A DNA stretch of 64,000 nt. It comes from an uncultured Bacteroidaceae bacterium (GTDB lineage Bacteria; Bacteroidota; Bacteroidia; Bacteroidales; P3). Below, piece after piece: positions 56,549 through 64,000 of this stretch (positions are counted from its first letter, which is position 1; every line of letters starts with the position of its first letter). The DNA is taken from contig CAZAAK010000001.1 of NCBI GenBank assembly GCA_964483145.1, positions 2,575 to 66,574 on the forward strand, written 5' to 3'. Made by a program: the position numbers and the translations under genes. The notes below the pieces were generated by a model. It had not been told where the DNA came from. It worked only from the letters and a program-made list of their open reading frames with translations, and did no database searches.

Positions 56549-57808
56549 ATGAATAGACCTAGACGCTACAACAAACGCTACTTACCTATGCTTTGGATAG
56601 GCTTGGCCCTTTGGCTACTGTCCATGCTGGTATCGTCAATAATTGATAAAATCGGCAGCGGCTCTGCCGGCCAGGAGGTCCTGTTTGAAATGGGCAAGAG
56701 AATCTTTAGGCAGTGGCCCGTTGGAACGGTTCTGTTGCTTTGCCTTTTGCAGCCTGTTTTGGAGGAGCTGAGCTTTCGGCTGTGGGGCGTGGGCAAGCGG
56801 TGGATGACTATTGTGGGGCTTGTTTTGATGGCAATCTTCTCGGTGAGTGAGATGGGACTGTGGGGACTATTGTGGGTGGCCGCTTTTGTGGCGGTGTGGC
56901 TTGCCGTTAAGGACAAGGTTGTGCAGAATTGGATTAATGCCGTTGTTACCTCGGCTTGTTTTGCCCTCTGTCATATTTCGGGATTTGGTGGATTTTCGCT
57001 AGGCATGGTGCTGGGGTTGACCGATATTTTTGGCATGGCCCTGGTGATGTGCTGGTTGGTAATAAACGTTAGTTTTTGGCTTTCGTGCCTTTTGCATGTA
57101 CTCAACAATAGCCTAGCTATCCTTTTGCCATTGCTGCTACTGGCCAAGCCGGTGACGGTAAGCGAAGAAGGCGTTACCCTTTCGTTGGAGCCGATGAGGG
57201 CTTTTGCCGACAACAGCGCACTGATGGAGGGGGCCTCTATGCTGACGGAGCTAGACACCCCTACCGGAGAGTTCTACATTGTGGGAGAACCCGCCGAGAT
57301 AGCCAGCCTTTTGGCAGAGGCTGTCGACAGCACGCCGGATGTTTACTATGATTGGGCAAGCAAGGGTGAGAGCCTCGAGGAGCGTGTGGTTTTTCGTGTG
57401 AAATACAGCCAGCCGCAGCAACCCGATCTTGCCTACCTGCGCGAAGCCTTTGGCCCGATGGTTGAGACCTTCTATGACGGTGATGGCCTTGTATACGACA
57501 CCACCTCCACATGGCTCAAGGCGATTTGGAAGGTCTACCCCGATGGTAGCGAAGAGGCGGTAGGCTCGGCGGATGGTCCCGCTCTGAGCCGTGCCGAGAA
57601 TGCCCAAATCATAGGTCGAAATAATCGTATTGTGAAGGAGTATGTGGCAGAGGCCGATTCTGCCGTGACGGTCACGCCTTATTGCCTTGAACGCCAGAAT
57701 GCCCTAACGGAGATGATGGCGGGCAGTGCAGCGGTTTTGGACAAGACTTACGGCTACAGAATCGACCTACGCCCAGCCAAAGAGGTTAGCCTAATTACCG
57801 TTAGATAA
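56549..57808 (+). CDS. CPBP-family intramembrane glutamic endopeptidase with ~200-aa C-terminal soluble extension
   Basis: LEELSFRLWG (EExxxR), FALCH and HVLNN motifs. Confidence 0.75.
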   Translation: MNRPRRYNKRYLPMLWIGLALWLLSMLVSSIIDKIGSGSAGQEVLFEMGKRIFRQWPVGTVLLLCLLQPVLEELSFRLWGVGKRWMTIVGLVLMAIFSVSEMGLWGLLWVAAFVAVWLAVKDKVVQNWINAVVTSACFALCHISGFGGFSLGMVLGLTDIFGMALVMCWLVINVSFWLSCLLHVLNNSLAILLPLLLLAKPVTVSEEGVTLSLEPMRAFADNSALMEGASMLTELDTPTGEFYIVGEPAEIASLLAEAVDSTPDVYYDWASKGESLEERVVFRVKYSQPQQPDLAYLREAFGPMVETFYDGDGLVYDTTSTWLKAIWKVYPDGSEEAVGSADGPALSRAENAQIIGRNNRIVKEYVAEADSAVTVTPYCLERQNALTEMMAGSAAVLDKTYGYRIDLRPAKEVSLITVR

Positions 57809-57850
57809 TCCGACAATTCCAATCCAGTCCTACAAAAAAAGCAATCTATC

Positions 57851-59260
57851 ATGAACAGACGACAATTCCTCAAATCCCTTGGCGCAGGCGCCTTGACCGC
57901 AACGGCCCTTGCTGCCGGATGCGACAACCCCAACCAAACGCAGGCCGAAGGCTTTGCGCTAGGCGAGGTGCCTACCGACAAAATGACCTACCGCACCGGC
58001 ACTCATGGTGAGAAGGTTTCGCTGCTAGGGTATGGCTGGATGAGGCTACCCACAGTGGACCCTGACGACCGCGAGAGCGACCTTGACCAGGAGAGCATCA
58101 ATGAGTTGACGGACTATGCCCTAGCGCATGGGCTTAACCTTTTTGATACCTCGCCCCGTTACTGTCAGGCGCGTTCGGAGAATTCCCTTGGTATAGCCCT
58201 TTCGCGTCACAGGCGCGAGGAGTACCTTGTCAGTACCAAGCTTTCCAACCAAAACTACGATGTTTGGTCGCGGGAGGGGAGCATACGTATGTTTGAGGAA
58301 TCGTTCGAAAAGTTGCGTGTGGACTATATCGACTTTTATATGCTCCACTGCATTGGACTTCCCGCGCGTGACAACCAAGGCAACGAGATTGACCCGATGA
58401 AGGCTTTTTATGGCCGCTTTATCGACAATGGCATGCTCGACTTCCTGTTGGAGCAGCGAGCCAAAGGACGCATCCGAAATTTGGGTTTTTCGTATCACGG
58501 CGATGTGAGGGTTTTCAACGAGGCCCTTTCGATGCACCCGAAGGTGCATTGGGACCATGTCCTGATTCAGCACAACTACATCAACTGGCAGCATGCCGGT
58601 GCACTGGCGGAGGACGGAAAAAGCGGTGATGCCAACTCGGAGTACCTCTACGGCGAGCTGGCTAAACGCGACATACCCGTGTTTGTCATGGAGCCGCTTT
58701 TGGGTGGACAGTTGGCATCGATGCCCAAGTTTGCGGTGGATGAGATGAAAAGGCGTGAACCCGACCGGAGCGTGGCATCGTGGGCTTTCCGTTATGCGGG
58801 CAATCTGCCCCGTATACTCACCGTTTTGAGCGGGATGACCTATATGGAGCACCTCCAAGACAATCTGCGCACCATGTCGCCGCACAAACCCTTGAGCGAC
58901 GACGAGTTGGATATGCTCAGGGATATAGCCGTCCGCTATGCCGGCATCCGGCTCATCCCGTGCACCAATTGCCAATACTGCATGCCTTGCCCCTACGGCC
59001 TGGACATACCCACCATCTTCGCCCACTACAACAAGATGGTTAACGAGGGCAATGTTATAGGGGGAGAGCTTTCGGAGGAGGCCACGTGCGAGGAGCGGCG
59101 AGCTTATCGAAAAGCCCGTAGGGCCTTTTTGGTAGGGTATAACCGTGCAGTAGAGCCCGACCGACAGGCCGACCGTTGCATTGGCTGTGGCAGATGCCTG
59201 CCGGAATGCCCCCAACAGATCGACATCCCGGGCAAGATGCGCATGATAGAGGAGTTGTAG
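57851..59260 (+). CDS. Tat-signal aldo/keto reductase with C-terminal 4Fe-4S ferredoxin domain
   Basis: MNRRQFLKSLGAGALTATALAAGC (twin-arginine signal + lipobox), AKR core, CTNCQYCMPCP and CIGCGRCLPECP clusters. Confidence 0.8.
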   Translation: MNRRQFLKSLGAGALTATALAAGCDNPNQTQAEGFALGEVPTDKMTYRTGTHGEKVSLLGYGWMRLPTVDPDDRESDLDQESINELTDYALAHGLNLFDTSPRYCQARSENSLGIALSRHRREEYLVSTKLSNQNYDVWSREGSIRMFEESFEKLRVDYIDFYMLHCIGLPARDNQGNEIDPMKAFYGRFIDNGMLDFLLEQRAKGRIRNLGFSYHGDVRVFNEALSMHPKVHWDHVLIQHNYINWQHAGALAEDGKSGDANSEYLYGELAKRDIPVFVMEPLLGGQLASMPKFAVDEMKRREPDRSVASWAFRYAGNLPRILTVLSGMTYMEHLQDNLRTMSPHKPLSDDELDMLRDIAVRYAGIRLIPCTNCQYCMPCPYGLDIPTIFAHYNKMVNEGNVIGGELSEEATCEERRAYRKARRAFLVGYNRAVEPDRQADRCIGCGRCLPECPQQIDIPGKMRMIEEL

Positions 59261-59309
59261 CCGAGAATGTTGCCACCCAATAGAGTTGTAACTGTATAAA
59301 AATGAACAT

Positions 59310-59528
59310 ATGACACTTCTGTTTATTGGAACCACCGAGATAATCCTTATTGTTCTGGTTGTTTTGTTGCTTTTTGGCGGCAAGAAAATTCCGGAGCTTA
59401 TGAAAGGGGTGGGCAAAGGTGTGAAAAGTTTTAGAGACGGAATGAACGGTGTGGAGGACCCTGACCAGTGCGACAGTCCATCAGCCAGAAAGGACTCCAC
59501 CTCAAACAGCACCGACAAAAATGCCTGA
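59310..59528 (+). CDS. tatA: twin-arginine translocase TatA/E subunit
   Basis: Single TM helix followed by [24 protein letters not shown]. Confidence 0.9.
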   Translation: MTLLFIGTTEIILIVLVVLLLFGGKKIPELMKGVGKGVKSFRDGMNGVEDPDQCDSPSARKDSTSNSTDKNA

Positions 59529-59550
59529 CTACGCAATACTATAGCAGAAG

Positions 59551-60318
59551 GTGGACTTTTGGGATCATCTCGACGAGTTGCGCACCTGCTTGCTGAGGGC
59601 CTTGGTGGCGGTGGTGTTGTGTGCGGTGGCGGCTTTTTGCTGCAAGGGGTTGCTCTTTGATGTGGTTATGGCTCCAAGCAAGCCCGATTTTGTTACCTAC
59701 CGTCTTTTCACTCGGCTCACGGGTGTGGGTAGCCACTTCCAGATATCGCTCTTCAACCCCGAGTTGGCGCAGCAGTTCATCGTCCACATGCGCGTGGCGT
59801 TATGGATGGGTTTGCTTGTGGTGTCGCCTTATGTGCTTTATCTGCTTTTCCACTTCATTGCCCCAGGCCTTTATGCCAACGAGCGCCGCTATGCCGTTGG
59901 TGCCGTTGGAAGCGGGTATGTGATGTTCCTGTTTGGAGTGGCAATCAACTATTTTATTATCTTTCCCCTCACATTCCGTTTTTTGGGCACCTATCAAGTC
60001 AGCCCCGATGTGCCCAACCGGATAGCCCTTACATCGTATGTTGGCATGTTGCTGATGCTTTGTTTTGTGATGGGGGTGGTTTTTGAGTTGCCAGTGCTAT
60101 GCTGGCTTTTGGCCAAAGTGGGGGTACTCAAGGCGCATTGGATGACTCGCTATCGTCGCCACGCCATTGTGGCTATTGTTGTCCTTGCCGCTGTCATCAC
60201 CCCTAGCGGGGATGCCATCACCCTTTTGGCTGTAGCCCTGCCCATATACCTTCTCTACGAAACTAGCGTGGCTCTGGTGCGGAGGGTCGAACGCAGAGCC
60301 CAGGTTAACGATCCGTAA
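59551..60318 (+). CDS. tatC: twin-arginine translocase subunit TatC
   Basis: FWDHLDELR start, six TM helices. The GTG start is the only in-frame option after a stop at 59542. Confidence 0.9.
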   Translation: MDFWDHLDELRTCLLRALVAVVLCAVAAFCCKGLLFDVVMAPSKPDFVTYRLFTRLTGVGSHFQISLFNPELAQQFIVHMRVALWMGLLVVSPYVLYLLFHFIAPGLYANERRYAVGAVGSGYVMFLFGVAINYFIIFPLTFRFLGTYQVSPDVPNRIALTSYVGMLLMLCFVMGVVFELPVLCWLLAKVGVLKAHWMTRYRRHAIVAIVVLAAVITPSGDAITLLAVALPIYLLYETSVALVRRVERRAQVNDP

Positions 60319-60356
60319 TGTAGAAATAAGAAACAACAAAAAAAGAATATAAAGAC

Positions 60357-61448
60357 ATGAAAAGAATCGTCCTATTGCTGATGCTGCTGCCGCTGATTTG
60401 CAATGCGCAGTGGGGCAGAACGCCCAAAGAACAACCCAAGCAGCCCGAAGTCCGCAACATCATTTTTGTGGTGGGTGACGGCATGGGGGTGGCGCAGGTC
60501 TACACCTCGGTGGTGGCGCAAGGAGGCGAAAACAGCGTTTTTTTGCGCTTCCCCTACACTGGTTTTTCGCGCACCTATTCCCACAACCGCTACACTACCG
60601 ACAGCGGTGCGGGTGGTTCGGCCTTGATGACGGGTCACAAAGTGGACAACTACCACATTGCGCTGGGCCCCGATGGTACGCCCTATCCTTCCTTTCTCAC
60701 CACAGCCAAACGCCTTTATGGCAAGGCTACCGGCTTTGTGGTTACTAGCAGTGTGCTAGATGCTACCCCAGCTGCCGCCTATGCTCATGTGAGCAACCGC
60801 AAACTCTTCGACTCCATTAGCATGCAGATGGCGCAGTGCGATTTTGAAGTGATGGTGGGGGGCGACCTCAGTTGCTTCAAGCCCGAGAATCGGCACGACG
60901 GCCTATCCCCGCTGGATACCCTTAAGGCCCGTGGCTATGGCATGGCGTACAATACGATGGACCTGATGGCCCTTAAGGGGCGGCGCATATGCGGCTTGCT
61001 GTCGCCCAACAACCCACCCAAGGCCATGGACCGCGGGCGCTGGCTAGCCATGGGAACGATGAAAGCCATCGAAACCCTCAATGTGAGCGACAATGGTTTT
61101 GTGTTGATGGTTGAGGGGTCACAAATCGACTGGGCCTGCCACAACAACGACAGCACCTACCTATTGGCCGAACTCGCTGATTTTGAGGATATGCTTGCCT
61201 GCGTGCTGGAATTTGCCGAGCGGGATGGTCACACCCTTGTTGTGGTTACGGCGGACCACGAAACAGGTGGACTCTCACTGCTCGATGGCAACATTGCCGA
61301 TAGGCAGAGCAAGATTGCTTGGGCCACCAATAATCACTCGGGCCTGATGGTGCCGGTTTTTGCCTACGGCCCAGGAGCACAGAACTTCACTGGAGTTATG
61401 CAAAACGTTGATTTCTATAATAAATTCCTCCAGCTTCTCCAACAATAA
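60357..61448 (+). CDS. alkaline phosphatase (PhoA family), secreted
   Basis: VGDGMG, TDSGAGGSALMTG, EGSQIDWACH and TADHETGG motifs. Confidence 0.88.
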   Translation: MKRIVLLLMLLPLICNAQWGRTPKEQPKQPEVRNIIFVVGDGMGVAQVYTSVVAQGGENSVFLRFPYTGFSRTYSHNRYTTDSGAGGSALMTGHKVDNYHIALGPDGTPYPSFLTTAKRLYGKATGFVVTSSVLDATPAAAYAHVSNRKLFDSISMQMAQCDFEVMVGGDLSCFKPENRHDGLSPLDTLKARGYGMAYNTMDLMALKGRRICGLLSPNNPPKAMDRGRWLAMGTMKAIETLNVSDNGFVLMVEGSQIDWACHNNDSTYLLAELADFEDMLACVLEFAERDGHTLVVVTADHETGGLSLLDGNIADRQSKIAWATNNHSGLMVPVFAYGPGAQNFTGVMQNVDFYNKFLQLLQQ

Positions 61449-61508
61449 ACTCTCTGCCTCTAGAGTGTATGTTAGGGGAGACGGAATTTTTTGATAAAAA
61501 GATCCTAT

Positions 61509-62855
61509 ATGATTAAATTTTGCGTCAAGTTGGTGCAACGTTGGTTGCCCGAACCTTTTATTTTTGCCATTATCCTCACCCTTGTGGCGGCCTGCTTGGC
61601 AATGCCTGTGTGCCATCAGACCCCCATTGAGGTTATCGAGCATTGGGGTGGCGGAGTATGGAACCTGTTGGCTTTTGCCATGCAGATGGCCTTGGTGCTG
61701 GTTTGCGGTTCTACACTAGCAGCGGCCCCTGCCGTCAAAAAGGGCATCAGTGCCCTAGCAGGCATACCCAAGACCCCTTCTGCTGCCATAGCCCTTGTGA
61801 CGGCTGTTTCGGCCATTGCCTGCTGGCTCAACTGGGGATTTGGCCTTATTGTGGGCGTTATTTTTGCCAAAGAGATAGCCCGCCGCATGCGTGGGGTGGA
61901 CTATCGTTTGCTGATAGCCTCGGCCTACAGCGGCTTTGTGGTGTGGCATGCTGGCCTGTCGGGTTCCATCCCGCTGACTATGGCCACCCCTGGCGAGGCC
62001 CTCACCAAAGCTACCAATGGCGTCCTTACTAGTCCCGTACCCGTTTCCCAAACCATACTGGACCCCCACAACCTGGTGATTGTAGTGCTAGTGATTGTGG
62101 CCATTGTTGTTACCAACACCCTGATGCATCCCAAGAAAGATGTGGTGACCATAGACCCTGCCCTACTGGAAGAAAAAAGCGTGGCTGTGGCAAAACCTAG
62201 CAAGGCGGATATCACCCCGGCGCAACGCATGGAGCATTCCAAGGTGCTGGCTTGGATTGTGGCACTGATGGGCTTTGCCTACTTGATTATTCATCTAGGT
62301 TTTCGCAACGGCTCGTTCGATTTGGGTAGTGTTATTATGCTTTTCCTGTTTTTGGGCGTGTTGTTGCACGGCACGCCGCTAGCTTATGTGCGTGCCTTTA
62401 CACAGGCGGCTACGGGCGCTTCGGGCATCATCCTGCAGTTCCCATTTTATGCCGGCATCATGGGCATTATTACCGGAGTTGGCGCCAGTGGCATTTGTTT
62501 TGGCACGGTTATCAGCAACGCCTGCATCTCCATCTCCACCCCCGCCACCTATCCGCTACTCACCTTCATCTGTGCTGCGGTGCTCAACATGTTTGTGCCG
62601 TCGGGCGGTGGTCACTGGGCCATTCAAGCACCTATCATGTTCGCCGCTGGCGCCGACCTTGGCGTGGACCCCGGCCTGACCGGCACGGCCATTGCTTGGG
62701 GCGATGCTTGGACCAATCTCATCCAGCCCTTCTGGGCCATTCCAGCCCTAGCCATTGCCAAACTCGATGCTAAGGACATCATGGGGTTCTGCCTCATCGA
62801 CTTGCTTGTCACCGGCATCATTATCAGTGCTGGATTGGTTGTGTGGGCCTTATAG
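61509..62855 (+). CDS. atoE: short-chain fatty acid transporter (AtoE family)
   Basis: VQRWLPEPFIFAIILTL N-terminus and polytopic pattern. An alternative TTG start lies at 61491. Confidence 0.8.
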   Translation: MIKFCVKLVQRWLPEPFIFAIILTLVAACLAMPVCHQTPIEVIEHWGGGVWNLLAFAMQMALVLVCGSTLAAAPAVKKGISALAGIPKTPSAAIALVTAVSAIACWLNWGFGLIVGVIFAKEIARRMRGVDYRLLIASAYSGFVVWHAGLSGSIPLTMATPGEALTKATNGVLTSPVPVSQTILDPHNLVIVVLVIVAIVVTNTLMHPKKDVVTIDPALLEEKSVAVAKPSKADITPAQRMEHSKVLAWIVALMGFAYLIIHLGFRNGSFDLGSVIMLFLFLGVLLHGTPLAYVRAFTQAATGASGIILQFPFYAGIMGIITGVGASGICFGTVISNACISISTPATYPLLTFICAAVLNMFVPSGGGHWAIQAPIMFAAGADLGVDPGLTGTAIAWGDAWTNLIQPFWAIPALAIAKLDAKDIMGFCLIDLLVTGIIISAGLVVWAL

Positions 62856-62986
62856 AATGGGTTTGAGGCTTGGATTTTGAGGTAGGGTAGGCTTTGCGTG
62901 CGCTCGAATTAGCCGAGGGCAAAATCCGTGGAGCTTGCCCAAAAAACGGATGGATATATTGTAAATGAAAAAAAAGAATTTGGGAC

Positions 62987-63610
62987 TTGTATGCTCCAAT
63001 CTACGAGCGGGCCATGCGTATGGATAGGAAGTATTACCGCTATATGTATGAGCGCATACCGGAATTGATTGCGGGCAAGGATGTTTTGGAGATTGCCACA
63101 GGGCCCGGTTTGCTAGCAAAGCATGTGGCTTATGCATCGGAGCGGATGGTGGCGACGGACTATTCCGAGGGCATGATAAAGCAAGCGTGCAAAGGAGAGT
63201 ACAGCAACAAGCTAAGATTTGAAGTGGCGGATGCCACAAATCTCCCCTATGTAGCAGATTCCTTTGACGTTGTGTTGATAGCCAATGCGTTGCATGTTAT
63301 GCCACACCCCGAAAAGGCGCTTGAGGAAATCGACAGGGTGTTGCGTGAGGGAGGAATATTGATTGCCCCGAATTTTGTTGGGCACAAGAAAGGAGTTGCA
63401 AGCAAGCTGTGGAGTGGTGTGCTAAGGCTTGCGGGGATAGCGTTCGACCACCAGTGGACCGCGGAGGAATACTTAACGTGGCTTGCAGATAGCGGTTGGC
63501 AGGTGGACTTTTCGAGGCTACTGAAGTCGAGGATTCCGATACAGTATGCGGAGTGCACCCGCAAAGCCGATGCTGGCATGCCGGCAGAAGCTAACGCTCA
63601 GCGGAATTGA
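62987..63610 (+). CDS. class I SAM-dependent methyltransferase
   Basis: VLEIATGPGLLA motif I, DVVLIANALH, GGILI. The only in-frame start is TTG; see the A8-tract finding. Confidence 0.8.
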   Translation: MYAPIYERAMRMDRKYYRYMYERIPELIAGKDVLEIATGPGLLAKHVAYASERMVATDYSEGMIKQACKGEYSNKLRFEVADATNLPYVADSFDVVLIANALHVMPHPEKALEEIDRVLREGGILIAPNFVGHKKGVASKLWSGVLRLAGIAFDHQWTAEEYLTWLADSGWQVDFSRLLKSRIPIQYAECTRKADAGMPAEANAQRN

Positions 63611-63621
63611 TAGGGAGATTG

Positions 63622-64000
63622 TTATATCTTCATCGAGAGCGATATGCGATGCTTGCGCAAGTCTACCCCAATCACCTTTACCTTCACATGCTGGTGTATG
63701 TGCACCACTTCGTTGGGGTCTGTTACGCGGCGGTTGGCAAGTTGGCTGATATGCACTAGCCCGTCCTGATGTACGCCTACATCCACAAAGGCACCGAAGG
63801 CGGTGATGTTGGTAACGATGCCTGGTAGCACCATTCCCTCTGCTAGATCCTCGATACGGGAGACACTTTTGTCGAACTCAAAGGCTTCGAAATGGGCGCG
63901 TGGGTCGAGGCCTGGCTTGTCGAGTTCTTTGATGATATCGTGCAGGGTGGGTAGGCCGCAGTCGTCGGATACATAGTCCTCTATTTTGATTTTCTGCCGT
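63622..64000 (-). CDS. tex: Tex-like transcription accessory protein, C-terminal S1 domain (5' part outside window)
   Basis: GMVLPGIVTNITAFGAFVDVGVHQDGLVHISQLA..RISLSMK S1 domain. The frame stays open to the window edge. Confidence 0.85.
   Translation of the reverse strand, partial: RQKIKIEDYVSDDCGLPTLHDIIKELDKPGLDPRAHFEAFEFDKSVSRIEDLAEGMVLPGIVTNITAFGAFVDVGVHQDGLVHISQLANRRVTDPNEVVHIHQHVKVKVIGVDLRKHRISLSMKI

Noticed and set aside
58121-59536. 471-aa minus-strand ORF
   Set aside because: It is antisense to the aldo/keto reductase and tatA, both well supported. No motifs are present.

Overview
The window looks like a Bacteroidota (Bacteroidales-like) chromosomal segment. The evidence is TAnnTTTG -7 promoter boxes, no Shine-Dalgarno sequences, and type IX secretion (T9SS)/gliding genes. 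GC content is high, about 55-60% by eye and not computed. Most of the window is housekeeping: radA, dnaK, murF, purF, guaB, two parvulin PPIases, moxR, panB, floA/nfeD, clpS, ispF, grpE-dnaJ, a MurF-Alr fusion, tatAC, alkaline phosphatase and atoE. T9SS genes porV-porU (28.3-33.0 kb) and porP-gldJ (39.3-42.2 kb) are separated by about 6.3 kb of accessory DNA. That DNA holds four things: (i) a low-GC ATPase + HNH nuclease pair with the architecture of the known Septu (PtuA/PtuB) anti-phage system, bracketed by imperfect direct repeats; (ii) a truncated second ATPase; (iii) a 66-aa ORF plus a LamG-tailed lipoprotein; (iv) a 1.2-kb gene-free, repeat-dense stretch containing direct repeats, a TCCGCGGA palindrome array, a 118-bp palindrome and an 11 x 12-bp G-rich array. 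I found no tRNA, rRNA, CRISPR array, transposase or integrase. The defence pair resembles a described family, so I cannot claim a new system. The less explained parts are the flanking repeats, the ATPase remnant, the small-ORF/LamG pair and the repeat-rich non-coding block. All family assignments come from motif recognition by eye; no searches were run.
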